64,000 nucleotides of DNA from assembly GCA_964016885.1 (NCBI GenBank), contig OZ024745.1, positions 90,458,001 through 90,522,000 on the forward strand, written 5' to 3'. How positions within the stretch are numbered: position 1 is the stretch's first letter; each line of letters begins with the position of its first letter. Source of the DNA: Eledone cirrhosa (Eukaryota). Below the pieces are notes generated by a model. That model had not been told where the DNA came from, did no database searches, and saw nothing but the letters and a program-made list of their open reading frames with translations. Positions 40,162 through 53,476 of the stretch are shown in pieces. Made by a program: the position numbers and the translations under genes.

Positions 40162-41614
40162 TACCTCTACGAACTGGTCACTAACAAAATTCCACTGTAA
40201 CTGTTTGAAACTTAGTTACTGGCATGCTTGCTAAATTTATGGATAGTGTAAGAAACTCTCAGGAGAGCTGGACAGCAGGTCTTCAGCGAAAAAACCCCAA
40301 CTTCTCAAGCGAGTTTTTCGGCCCTAACCTTCTAACTGGATATATATGTCTATAGAATAGTTATCATTTGACTTATTAACATTAGTAATTATCTCAAGGT
40401 TCCATTCTTCTGTTGTTGTTTAGCCTCAGGAAGATCTCATCGAACTAACCCATAATTAAACGCAGTTTACCGAGGACTACATTATTCAAGGTGTCCTTCC
40501 TTTTCTAAACTAGTTGGGTGTCATTTAATAGGGATGCAATGCTATTTCTAGAAGATCTAGCTACTCCGAAAAAAAGAATCCCTTGTAGGTACACATAGTA
40601 GTGTGTTTGTTATATAGGTGAATAAGTCTGTTTTCTCTATTTCATCAATACTCAATTTTGCAAATGTATCCAAAGTCGATTTTTAAAATAAAATTTGTTT
40701 CCTCACTAATTGCAAAATAGAAAGTGTTAATGTATTTCTATTTATTTTCTTTGTTTAGTTTTTTTTTTTTTTGTATTTTTTTTTTTTTAGTAAATATTTT
40801 ATGTTCAATTCTTCTCTACACAGATATTTCTATGATTGTGTCTGCAAGAGACAATACTATCAATTCTATTATTTACTGCTGACACACTTAAAATATAAAA
40901 CCCAGCATCGCACTTTCTGTAAATGAGAAATTGAAAGGAAATTCAAAACTAAAAAAAAAAATAAAGTTATTACAGAAACTACAAAAAATATATAAAAATA
41001 TATATAATAAAACACACAAAAAAAAACTGTCTTTAGAAATTGACATAAGAGATTTAAAATAAACGAAAATAAATTTCAAGAAAATCTTTTAAACAAGTAA
41101 TAAAATAATATGAATATTATTATTATAAATAAAACAATTCGCTGAAAATAGTTGTTATCAAACGAAGGATATTTTTTCTCAAAAATTAGTAACAAATGAG
41201 GAAAGAAAAAGAAAAATACATAAATATAACGAAAAACAATAAAATAAATACTGTGTCTAATTTTTACGGGTTTTTTTAATGATAGTTTATTTTTGTCTTT
41301 TATTTATCTTTTTTTATTAATTTTTTTTTTTTTTTTTTTGTCAAGTAAGTCGAGAGTATAGAGAATTAAGCACTAAGTTGACTGAATTTCTATATTCAGT
41401 AGTCAAACAAGAGATAGCGTGATTTGAAATAACAATCAAAAAACAATAATTGAATTTAAATCAACAAATTGCTAACAAATGAAGTGGTGACAGAAATACG
41501 ACGGAGTTTTGAAAGGCAATGATATTTCAAAAACTACATCCAGTTTTTTCTGGGTTTTTGGGGGGTTTTTTCGAAATGATATAGACATTTAAATCGACAT
41601 TAAAACCAAAGGCA

Positions 41615-41865
41615 CACATATACATACGTACACACGTACATACATACTACATACATACATACATACATACATACATACATACATACATACATACATACAT
41701 ACATACATACATACATACATACTTAATACATACATACATACATACATACATACATACATGCATACATACATACATACATACATACATACATACATACATA
41801 CATACATACATACATACATACATACATACATACATACATACATGCTTAATACATACATATATACA
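41615..41865. repeat. (TACA)n microsatellite, target of family C
   Basis: Seen directly. Confidence 0.95.
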
Positions 41866-44507
41866 TGCTTAATAAAAGATTCAGACGAAACCAAACATCA
41901 GTCTATAGAGATATGAAGGGCAAAATAATAAGTGTCACTGAGGCCCCATCCCAGAAAGACATAGATTCCTTTTGGAGAAAAATATGGGGTGAAAAGAAGA
42001 ATTTCAACCAAGATGCAGTGTGGCTAAGAGAAATCCAAAAGAACTATTGCTCCTACACTACAACAAAAACATACGAAATAAGTGAGGGTACCCTTGAGAC
42101 TGTGATAGGAAAACTCCAAGATAAGAAAACACCAGGAAGAGACATGATTGTCGGCTACTGGTACAAAAAACTAATATTCAATCGGAGGTATCTTACTGAC
42201 CTCTACCAACAAGTTCTTAAGGGAGATACACTTATACCAGAATGGTTGACATTAGCACAAACGTTACTGGTCCCCAAGAACAAAGACACCCGCTTGGCAA
42301 AGAGCTACCGACCCATTGCATGCCAGAACCTGATGTATAAGATGTATACAGCCTGCCTCAACCTATTCCGCCAAGATCACTGTGAAGGTGGTAACATCAT
42401 CACAGATGAACAAGCAACTGGAAAGAAAAGGGTTTGGGGATGTGCTGAACAACTCCTAATCAACAGGGCTGCGATGTCGGGGGTGCGACAACTTAGGAGG
42501 AATATGACTACAGTCTGGCTGGACTACAAGAAAGCTTTCGATTCTGTTCCCCACTCTTGGATGATAGAGGCCCTCCAACTTGCTAAAGTCCCAGACATTA
42601 TTGTCAGAGCCACAGAGAGGCTGTCTTCTTCTTGGGCTACTATACTAAGGTTAAAGACAGAGTGGGAGGACTCTATTTTCACTGATAAAATAAAATATTG
42701 CAGGGGTATGTTTCAGGGGGACAGTCTCTCTGTGATATTGTTCATCTTGTCATTAAACCCCTTGTCCTTTCTGCTCAAGAAATGTGAGGGATACATCATT
42801 GGCTCACAGGGGGACAGAGATACGAACCTAACACATAACTTCTTTGTGGACGATCTGAAACTCTATGCCAAGAACATGGATGGGATGAACAAAAATCTTG
42901 ACCTGGTTACAACGTTCTCAAAGGATATAGGAATGGAGTTTGGCCAAGATAAATGCTCATACATGACTGTAAAGCGGGGAAAAACAACGACCCAATCTAG
43001 CAACATTGTCATCAATGGTCTAACTGTTTCACCGATATCTGGTGAGGACTGCTACAGATACCTGGGGATAGATGACAACATATCCTATAATGGTATCTGT
43101 AATAAAGAACGCGTAACCAGGGAATACTACACCCGATTAAGAAAGATCTGGTCATCGGAACTCTCTGCGCAAAACAAAACAGTGGCTCACAGTGTGTTTG
43201 CTGTGCCTGTCCTAACACCAACGTTTGGAATACTCAATTGGACGATGGACGAAGTCCGAGCGGTTGATGTTGGAACTCGAGGGGTGCTGAACAACACCGT
43301 AGGCTTCCACGTCAACAGTGACATAGACCGCCTTTACTTGAAACGTAAGCAGGGAGGCAGAGGCCTAACATCAGTCTAGACAACATTTGAATGTCGCATC
43401 ATATCTCTCCGACAACATCTACGAACTTCGAAGCGTAGGAGCCTGCTTCTCGAGCAAGTCTATCTGCATGAAACAGATAAGATCGTGAGAGTTGGGAAGG
43501 AACTCCTTGAGAGATATTCCCTGTGTGATAATCAAAAACTCACACTCAGGGATGTCGCTCAGCAGTATCGCAGTGAATCCATGGATGAAAAACTGCATGC
43601 CTATCAGCAAAAGATCATGCATGGATATGTTGCCAGGAAGCTTCAGAGTGAGAGTAATATAGATAAGGAAAGTAGTCTATCTTGGACCAACAACCGCTAT
43701 ATTGGCTCCCACTTTGAAGGATACGCTTTTGCAATCCAAGAACAGGAGATTAGCACGAAATACCTGATTCACAAAAGAGATAGGGATGCAGGCAAAACAC
43801 CTAGATGTGATAACAAGTGCAGACTCTGCAGCTGCAGACTCATCAGCAGACTCAAGTGCAGACTCATCAGCAGCTGCCCAGGGATGTCATCGCGGTACTA
43901 TCTGCCTGTGAGGCATGATGTGGTGGCCGAAACACTGTACAATGCAGTTCGTGAAAAGGATAGCCCCGATGGTAAACACATTAAAAGCTACAACAGTGTG
44001 GAAGACATCCATGTACATAATATGGGGGAGTACTGGTGGAATGTTCCAGTAAAAACCCCAATAGAATGCAGGCATAACAGACCAGATATTATGATATGGG
44101 ACAGGGAGAAGAAAACATGCACAGTAGTGGAAATTAGCTGCCCAGCAGATGCCAATATAATATCAAAGATTAGTGAAAAGGAGAATATTTATGCAGAACT
44201 GATGACAAATCTGCAGATACTCCACCCTGATTACACCTTCAGATTTATGCCTGTGATTATTGGGGCACTGGGGTATGTTAGTAACTGCCTCAATACAAAT
44301 CTTGAGAAGCTAGGCTTCACAGGAACAGAAAGAACACAACTAGTTAGGAAATTACAAGTACAATCCATTAATGGAACAGTAAAAATATGCATACATACAT
44401 ATCTACCTAGTTGATGTGTAAATTCCAATGAGAGAGTCTTGTGTCTATGTTAGAAACCGACTCTCTCTCTATTGGTAAAACTTTGTGAAATTATAAAACC
44501 AGAAGAA
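41866..44507 (+). mobile_element. R4/Dong-type RLE retrotransposon, family C, copy C1 (5'-truncated, nonsense at 43377, internal rearrangements)
   Basis: YRPIAC, WLDYKKAFDSVPH, GMFQGDSLS, FFVDDLKL, CRLC, RHD, NRPDIMIWD..VEISCP. Bounded by (TACA)n. Confidence 0.88.
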
Positions 44508-44699
44508 CATACATACACAAACACGCATATACTACTTAGCTGGTACTTATATTATCGATCATAAAAAGATGAAATGGTAAAGTAGATGCAACACAACCTA
44601 ATTTGAAAAACGATGAAACGACAAAAATTTAGATTTTAGTTGTTTCACTTTCCTGATTGTGTGAGAGAGAGAGAGAGAGAGAGGGGGGAGACAAGGCTA

Positions 44700-44880
44700 C
44701 TACGTTGAACTACAAGTACAGTCCATCTATGGGCTTCGAAACAGTTTCTGTCTACACAATTCACGCACAAGGCATTGGTTAACACTAGGCCAGGCTAAAC
44801 GACACTTACCAAAGATATCACACAGTAAAATCGAAACCGGGATCTGACGGTTGCTAAAGACATTTTTTAACCAGACGCGC
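44700..44880 (-). mobile_element. Degenerate tRNA/CORE-type SINE fragment
   Basis: acacttaccaaagatatcacacagtaaaatcgaaaccggga resembles a reversed B-box plus CORE-like segment. Confidence 0.4.
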
Positions 44881-45084
44881 GTGCGCGCGCGACGAGCTTC
44901 TGCGTAGTTTCTGTCTACCAATTTTCACCAACAGACCTTCATCAATGCAATAGGACTAAACCCAAAACCACTTGGTTTCAAAGCCTACAGTCATATATAC
45001 GATTAGACATACACACAAACATACATGCATATATATATATATATACAATATAATAAATGGAAACTATATTTATAAAACCATATT

Positions 45085-45150
45085 TATTTTATTATATATA
45101 TTTCAAGGGCAACCAAGGCAAATTATGGTGCGCTTTCATCAGATAAAATA
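45085..45150 (-). ncRNA. Hammerhead ribozyme motif (left arm of palindrome)
   Basis: Mirror of 45285-45350; TCATCAG at 45136-45142. Confidence 0.7.
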
Positions 45151-45284
45151 CAGATTGGTTTTATAAATAAATATTGACATACCCGGAAAAATGACAACCT
45201 TAACGGTTGGAGCGTCATGAAGCTCCAACCGTTAAGGTTGTCATTTTTCCGGGTATGTCAATATTTATTTATAAAACAAATCTG

Positions 45285-45350
45285 TATTTTATCTGATGAA
45301 AGCGCACCATAATTTGCCTTGGTTGCCCTTGAAATATATATAATAAAATA
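45285..45350 (+). ncRNA. Hammerhead ribozyme motif (right arm of palindrome)
   Basis: tattttat-CTGATGA-aag.gca.cca...tgg.tgc.ctt-GAAA-tatata-TA-ataaaata; 8-bp stem I and palindromic stem III. Confidence 0.72.
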
Positions 45351-45478
45351 AATATGGTTTTATAAATATAGTTTCCATTTATTATATTGTGTATTTACTC
45401 CACTAACTTGTTGAGTGCTTTATATCAGTTATAAAAATGTTTAAGCTTTTTGAATTCCAACAAATTAAATATAACCTC

Positions 45479-45523
<45 letters not shown>

Positions 45524-46585
45524 TTATTTATTTACATAAATATACATATACTCATAACTATATATATAGGTTTATTTATATATATATATAGAGAGAGAGA
45601 TATGTGCGTGTGTAAAGATATATATATATATATGTGTGTGTACATGTACAAGTTTGCGTTTACTGTGTGTTTGGGTGCGTATAAGTGTATAATTAAACTG
45701 GGAGATTCCAGATACAGTAGAAGTTAATCGCATTGTGTACTGTATTCAATATAACAAACAAAAGACGTTTGTCCCCTTTGTTATAATGTGAATTATAAAC
45801 GCTCATAATGACGGCCTGATAGCATTACTGAAAAATTGCAAAGCATGATGTGTTATGCATCGGCAAGACTAAAAGCCTTTTAAGAAACTATAAAACCTTT
45901 AAGTCAAAGGAGCCGATGACGAACTGAAATCAGCCAATAATTTGCAACAACTTGTATTAATAAGAAAGAAAACGTTGCTATGCAGTTAGCTTTCTGATAG
46001 CGTTCTTTGTAATCTGACAATCTATACTTTATGAACAAAGAACTTATAAATCCTATTGTGTGTGCCACGGATGAAATCCTGTGAAGATATGCATATAGTC
46101 AATTGAGTTACACACAAACACACACACACACGATTGGGGGTGTATTCATAATATATGTTAAAACATGTCATATTTCTAATAAAACGAGCATACCTGCAAT
46201 AATTCTACTCCCACAATGGACGACACACTGGTTTTACACATTAACAGTTCTGATATCAATCAGCTCACTGTTAAGCTGACTGTTGCTTTCCTACAGCTGC
46301 TGCACACTATATTACTTACCACAGTTACAATAACTATTTAAAAGTATTCTCAGTGAAATATTTTAATACATGATTATTTATTTCCTGAAATCACAGCTGC
46401 AAGTCTAATATTATTAAAGAAACTTATTTATAAGAAGGTCACAGAGTTAATATTGGCGTTGATTGATGCTATAAGTATATACCGTATTTCCCGGCATCGA
46501 AGATGTTCCTTTTTTTCCTTAAATAAGCCTCTAAAATCTACCATGAGTCCTGGGGGTCGAAGGTTGTTCATTATTCTCTTTCAAA

Positions 46586-46705
46586 TAATTGTTTCTACTT
46601 TTGGCACAAGGCCAGCAATTACCCAGTGCATTAGTGGTACTTTATTTTATCGACTCCGTAAGGATGAAAGGTAAAGTTAACCTCGGCGGGATTTGAACTC
46701 AGAAT
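46586..46705 (-). mobile_element. tRNA-derived SINE, partial
   Basis: Reverse-complement match to 48358-48562; B-box-like gagttcaaatccc on the minus strand. Confidence 0.75.
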
Positions 46706-47247
46706 GGCAAATGAATCAATTGTCTTTCAGTAAATATACATTTGTTATATTCCTTTTGTTTAACAATTGAGCAGATGTTATGTGTCGAAGGTACTAGTAA
46801 ATTGATGAAAGAAACACCATCATGAATTTGTAAAACTAAAGAAAGAAAAAAGTATTAGTCTCTTGACGACTATCACGGTTTTAAGACAGTTTTGGTTAAT
46901 TAAACTTCAAAAGGAAAAATCAAAGGAAACAGCAATAGTTGAAGTCTGGAATATAGATAAATCATCCTTAAATCCTGTCATCAGAAATGAACCCCCAATC
47001 GAAATCAAACAAAGTTCTACAGAAGAATGAAGAGGAAGAGTAGTTAAAGGTAGTCACAGAAGCTCCTTTTCGAGAAGAAAACCATTAGTGAAGGAAAATT
47101 TAACGGAGCCATAGTGTAATTTAACAAAATCAAAACTCTTTGTATCACACTTAAAACATAAAATATCGATGGTGATACATATTCTAGAATATGAGATTGA
47201 ATAATTAGGGATAAGAAAGTACCAGGAAGTGGTTTGATTGTTGACTA

Positions 47248-47625
47248 CTCTCGGGTCCCAAATAATAGTTGAAATAAGCGGGGGCGGGGTGGGGTGGAAA
47301 TCGGTGATCTTTCTAGATTGATTTTTTTTAAACCGTTGATTTTTTTAAAAACCAGAATTAGACGTTTAGTTTAGATATTGAGACTCGAACCCATCCTATT
47401 TATTTTATAACATATGGGCTTTCTAGTAATGTACTTTTTTGTCATGTATGTTTTTTAATCTACAAAGAAAATTAATTGTCGCAGGAATGCTACCACTTAA
47501 AATAAAATTTCACCGAAGATAGATTAGCAAAATTTAATAATCGGAGGAGGGTGGAATAAGGGCTGGTGGGAAATGGAGAAAAATTTGAAAAATGAATAAT
47601 GGGGGTATTATTCCAGACCCAAGAG
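47248..47625. mobile_element. MITE with ~20-bp imperfect TIRs and TA target duplication (Tc1/mariner/pogo-like)
   Basis: TA-ctctcgggtcccaaataata ... tattattccagacccaagag-TA; internal G-rich subterminal repeats. Confidence 0.65.
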
Positions 47626-48357
47626 TACTTGCGCAGTAAACGCACTTTCTAACATCATATCAGTCACGATAATATCCCTCTAACATTTACATCACTCTAT
47701 ATATATTATTGTATTTTCGCAGTGAAGGCTTTATCTCACATAATTATTTCACATAATATTGAATCTATGAGATTTTGATATTATTTATTTTGAGAACAAT
47801 ACTTTAACATCAGTATGAGGGGGCCGGTTATGGCCAGTTTGGAGAGAAAGAGGTGAGAGAATTCTGGCCAGATATGGTCGGTTTAAATGCTAAAGAGATA
47901 TACAAAGTTGATTGCCATTCATGGAAACAAATTTAATAACTGATTTTAAAGCCAATCTCCTGCCGAAAACTACTGACTGGTTGTATGTTAGTTTATAATG
48001 TATAAACTGTATACTGCTTGTATTAACATATTTTGGGGGCTCAGTTGTGAGACCGACAATATCGTTCAGATGATCAAGCAGCTGAAGAGAAAAAATCTGA
48101 GAATCTATTGAGATATTTGATGTTAAACCATCGTCTGGTTTAACATCACAATCTTGTCCTTGGACTTTTAGCGGAGTTCACTTTACTACAAGCATTTGGG
48201 CTATGTCTTTGCTGAAGAGAGCCAAGGCCATTGGCTTTTTTTCTGACTAAGTGATAAAAGAACACAACTCGCAACATGTGGATGTAAATATTAAAACATT
48301 TCATTTCTAAAGATGAGCTTAATATTTCAAAAGGTTTATTATCATAACCTCCAATAA

Positions 48358-48562
48358 GGTGATGGTTGGCAGAGTGTCGGACACCGTGCTTTGCAGCATA
48401 GAGTTATTGCTCTCATGTTCTCAGTTAAAATCCCGCCCGGGTTAGCTTTGCCTTTCATCCGTATGGAGTTGATAAAATAAAGCACCAGTAATGCACTGGG
48501 GTCGATTTAATCGACTTTCCCCCCCAAAAAAAATTGTTGGCCTTGTGCCTATAGTAGAAATC
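48358..48562 (+). mobile_element. tRNA-derived SINE, full-length with 20-bp target-site duplication
   Basis: tggcagagtg A-box-like and gttaaaatccc B-box-like motifs; flanking attatc(a/g)taacctccaataa at 48338-48357 and 48563-48582. Confidence 0.8.
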
Positions 48563-48926
48563 ATTATCGTAACCTCCAATAAATGTGTCACCAGTACTGG
48601 TATCAGTATTTTGTTTGCCTGGCAGAGGAGGTAGAGCTTCTTATTCTTCTTCCACTTATTTCTGTGGGGGTCGAGGGGGAAGAGTCCTCAGACTCTCCTG
48701 GAGCAGGTAGAGCGACAGAGCAAATACTTTGTAAATGTTGGTTTGAGTTCAAATCATGCCACGAAGGGGGGGGGGGGTCGAGATGATTAAATGCCAATTA
48801 AGTACTGATGTCAATGGAATCAATTCTACTTTGACCCCCCCCCCCCCACACACACACAAACACACACACATGCGTGGTATTTTACCTAAAGTAAAACTCA
48901 ATATTGGTATGTGTTTTGGGAAACTA

Positions 48927-50242
48927 CGAGGGGTGCTCAAAGGTTCCTGGCTTTGGGTAAAAGAAAATACAGGAGGATCGGTTAAAAGAAAATACAGGAG
49001 GATCGGTTAAAAGAAAATACAGGAGGATCGGTTAAAAGAAAATACAGGAGGGTCGGTTAAAAGAAAATACAGGAGGATCGGTTAAAAGAAAATACAGGAG
49101 GGTCGGTTAAAAGAAAATACAGGAGGGTCGGTTAAAAGAAAATACAGGAGGATCGGTTAAAAGAAAATACAGGAGGATCGGTTAAAAGAAAATACAGGAG
49201 GGTCGGTTAAAAGAAAATACAGGAGGGTCGGTTAAAAGAAAATACAGGAGGGTCGGTTAAAAGAAAATACAGGAGGATCGGTTAAAAGAAAATACAGGAG
49301 GATCGGTTAAAAGAAAATACAGGAGGGTCGGTTAAAAGAAAATACAGGAGGATCGGTTAAAAGAAAATACAGGAGGGTCGGTTAAAAGAAAATACAGGAG
49401 GATCTGTTAAAAGAAAATACAGGAGGATCGGTTAAAAGAAAATACAGGAGGGTCGGTTAAAAGAAAATACAGGAGGGTCGGTTAAAAGAAAATACAGGAG
49501 GGTCGGTTAAAAGAAAATACAGGAGGATCGGTTAAAAGAAAATACAGGAGGATCGGTTAAAAGAAAATACAGGAGGGTCGGTTAAAAGAAAATACAGGAG
49601 GGTCGGTTAAAAGAAAATACAGGAGGATCGGTTAAAAGAAAATACAGGAGGGTCGGTTAAAAGAAAATACAGGAGGATCGGTTAAAAGAAAATACAGGAG
49701 GATCGGTTAAAAGAAAATACAGGAGGGTCGGTTAAAAGAAAATACAGGAGGGTCGGTTAAAAGAAAATACAGGAGGGTCGGTTAAAAGAAAATACAGGAG
49801 GGTCGGTTAAAAGAAAATACAGGAGGGTCGGTTAAAAGAAAATACAGGAGGATCGGTTAAAAGAAAATACAGGAGGGTCGGTTAAAAGAAAATACAGGAG
49901 GGTCGGTTAAAAGAAAATACAGGAGGATCGGTTAAAAGAAAATACAGGAGGGTCGGTTAAAAGAAAATACAGGAGGATCTGTTAAAAGAAAATACAGGAG
50001 GATCTGTTAAAAGAAAATACAGGAGGATCTGTTAAAAGAAAATACAGGAGGATCTGTTAAAAGAAAATACAGGAGGGTTGGTTAAAAGAAAATACAGGAG
50101 GATCAGTTAATTATGATTTTATTCAACATATTCTCCTCTCAAATTCACACACTTATTGCAGCGATCCTACCTCCCATGTAAAGGTAACAGCTCTACCCCT
50201 TCACGATAGCCTTTAAGCCAGGAACTTTTCAATACTTCCACG
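48927..50242 (+). mobile_element. Tc1/mariner-type MITE with internal minisatellite, copy 2
   Basis: TA-cgaggggtgctcaaaggttcctggctt ... aagccaggaacttttcaatacttccacg-TA (imperfect TIRs, TA duplication). Confidence 0.8.
48959..50110. repeat. 25-bp minisatellite (AAAAGAAAATACAGGAGGRTCGGTT), ~46 units
   Basis: Period 25; two main variants GGATCGG/GGGTCGG, with GGATCTG near the end. Confidence 0.95.
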
Positions 50243-50509
50243 TAGATGAGATGCAAGACACCGATACAAAAACAGAGAAATTACTGAATACTAGAAACTC
50301 CCACATAATAGTAATATTGACCGTCTTTACATAACTCAAAGATTGTATTGTTTTACGAGTTTCAGTCATTGACCATCTGGAAGTACCTCCTTAGTTGAAC
50401 ATATCGAACATATCGAACATATCGACAGCAATACTTATTTCAAGGTATCTCACTTTTGTTTTCCTGTCATTACAAGACTTCAATAAATCCACTAATTTCA
50501 CAAATGTAC

Positions 50510-50562
50510 ATATCCGTACACACACTCACACACAACTACATACATACAAACACATATACATG

Positions 50563-50637
<75 letters not shown>

Positions 50638-50865
50638 ATGCATATATACACATACATATACATACATTTACATATACATATATACATATATATGTATATA
50701 TATATGTAAATGCATGCATTTGTATATGCATGTATATATGTATGTGTATATGTATATATATATATATGTATATATGTATGTATATTTATATATATATACG
50801 CACACACACACATATGTATACCCACATACACACTTATATATAGACACACACATACATGTATATAT

Positions 50866-50913
<48 letters not shown>

Positions 50914-51005
50914 GTACATACATACATATATATATATATACATACATGCATATACATACACATACATATAAACATACACATACATATTTACTTATATATA
51001 TATAT
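50510..51005. repeat. Compound (TG)n/(TA)n/(CA)n microsatellite
   Basis: Seen directly. Confidence 0.9.
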
Positions 51006-53414
51006 CGCTTCCACCTCTTTCACTCCCTCACGTCCCTGCACTGTAGTCACCATACCCCAGGAATTACCACTCTCCGAAGCTGAGCGCTCCCTCCTCGCCC
51101 GTGGTTTGCGTTTTATACCAACCACATCTACCTGCGACGAGTTCTGCACACACGCCGAGACTGAAGGGTTCTTCCGTCGATTAAAGCTGAAAGCTTGTTT
51201 TCACGACACGCCATCATCAACACAGTCGGATGACTTCACTCGTCTTAGTCGCCGGCAATCACATTGGACGCCGAGCTCTGGCCAGTTCAGCACCCTCGAC
51301 TCCTTTGTTGATACTTGCCGGCTTACTGTGAATCAGTTCCGTTTCCACCAGCATTCTCGTTGCTCTAACATCACGCGAACTGAGTTCTCCGCTCTTCGCA
51401 ACCTTCGGCGTCGCGATGACATTGTCATCAAACCCGCTGACAAAGGTGGCGCTGCGGTGGTTTGGAGCGCTGACCTCTATAGGGCTGAGGCTCTCCGCCA
51501 GCTTCACAATACCCTTTTTTTACCTCCCTTTATCCTCCAACCCCACTCCTGGCTACCAACAACTCATGTCCTCCACCATCCACGAGCTCATCTCCTCCTC
51601 TCCCCTACCCCCCACAACCACCAACCTTATTGTACGCACCCCTTGCACACCCACCATCTAATTCCTCCCCAAAATACACAAACAAAATAATCCTGGCCGT
51701 CTTATCGTTTCTGTGCGCAACTGTCTCGCCGAGATAATTTCTGAATATTTAGACACTATCCTCGCCCCGCTGGTCGGCAATCTCCCCTCCCACATCCACG
51801 ATACAAATCATGCCCTCAGACTTTTCAACTCTTTCTCCTTCCCTCCTGGTCTCTCCCGCCTTCTCTTTACCCTGGACATCACCTCTCTCTATACCGTCAT
51901 CCCTTATGATGACGGCCTCCGCGCTCTCCAGCATTTTTTTTATTTACGCCCTACCCCTTACCCCAGCACTACCACTCTTCTCCGTCTGGCTGAGCTTGTT
52001 CTCACCCATAATGGGTTTTCTTTTTAGAGGGAATTTTACCAGCAGGTCTCTGGGGTAGCGATGGGAACCAGAATGGGTCCAAACTATGCCAACTTGTTTG
52101 TTGGCTACGTCGAAGCCCAGATCTTCTCCTAGTACGCTGGACCAACTCCTGAGCTATACGGTCGTTATATCGACGACTGTATGGGCGCCACCTCTCTATC
52201 ATGAGAACAGCTCGACTGTTTTCTTTCTTTCGTCCAATCTTTTCATCCTGCTCTCAATTTCACCGCCTCCGTCTCCGATTCTTCTGTCGCTTTTCTAGAT
52301 ATCTCTCTATCTATTAATCACTATCACCACACCCTCTCTACTTCCATCTACATTAAACCAACAGACTCCCAATCTTATCTCGACTTCACCTCCTCCCATC
52401 CAACCCACACCAAACACTCCATACCCTATTCCCAATTCCTCCGTCTTCGTCGACTCTGTAGCCAGGACAACGATTTCGAAACCCATTCCCTTCTCATGGC
52501 TTCCTGCTTCATCCAGCGTGGATATCCTCCCACCTTGATCCAAGCTACTCTCATTCGCGCCCGTGAAACAGACTGCACCACAGCCCTCTCACCTCACCCC
52601 CACCCTCCCAACATCCGTGTTCCTTTCCCTCTCACCTACCACCCCATCACCCTAACTCTCCGGCGACAAATCCTCCGAAATCCTCCGTTCCTTCTGTATC
52701 CTCTCTTCTGACCCCGTCACTTCTCGCTTTTTCCAAACCCACCCATTACTGCTTTTAAGCGCGCCCGAAACCTCCGCAACCTCCTGGTTCGCAGTTCTTT
52801 TTCGTCCTCTCCCACGACTCCACCCGGCTCTCATCCTTGTTCCCGCTGCAACACTTGTCCCTTTATTTCCACCCTCACCACTCTTACAGGCCCAAATGGG
52901 TCTTTCTGTATCCGCCATTCCTTCACCTGCACAAGCACCCACGTTGTCTATGCCCTCCGGTGTTCCCTTTGCGGGTCTTTATATATCGAACAAACGGGAC
53001 GCCGCAAGGCGAACATTTGAGGGACATACGACTCGGTTTGGATACTCTTGTCGCCCGTCATTTCTGTTCTCCTGGTCATTCTTCTCTACATGTTTCAGTC
53101 CAGGGTGTCCTTTTACATCATGGATCATAGGCCTCGCGTACCAGGACTGAACAAAGTCTGATTCACCGTCTTGGGTCCTATTCTCCTCTTGGACTCAACT
53201 CACCTCCCCAATTTCTCTAATACTCCGTCCATTATCACACCCCTAGAGTCCTATCGCTTTCTCTTGATCATTAGCAGCTTCTCTTACTACTAATACATGC
53301 CGACACACACCCTTATATTAACATACTTTTGCTCATAGCTTCGTACTTACATGCACACACACTCTTTTACTCACATATACACACACATTTCTTCTTAGCT
53401 TCATACGGACCTAT

Positions 53415-53476
<62 letters not shown>

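Larger units (their letters stand above)
45041..45394. repeat. Near-perfect 354-bp palindrome (~177-bp arms, centre TCATGA at 45215-45220)
   Basis: The arms are reverse complements with about 3 mismatches and no spacer. Confidence 0.95.

Noticed and set aside
46430-47900. piggyBac/pogo-like terminal remnants (ggtcacagagttaa at ~46437; ccgtatttccc at ~46482; ggccagatatggtcggtttaaatgctaaa at ~47866)
   Set aside because: Only single degenerate ends are visible; no matching partner TIR could be located.
48583-48797. Possible host exon (S/T/P-rich minus-strand ORF) and nearby unique sequence at 46860-48250
   Set aside because: No recognisable domain, stops in the surrounding frames, and no supportable splice structure.
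38884-50110. 25-bp repeat arrays as possible CRISPR arrays
   Set aside because: Units are contiguous with no unique spacers, there are no cas genes, and the context is eukaryotic.
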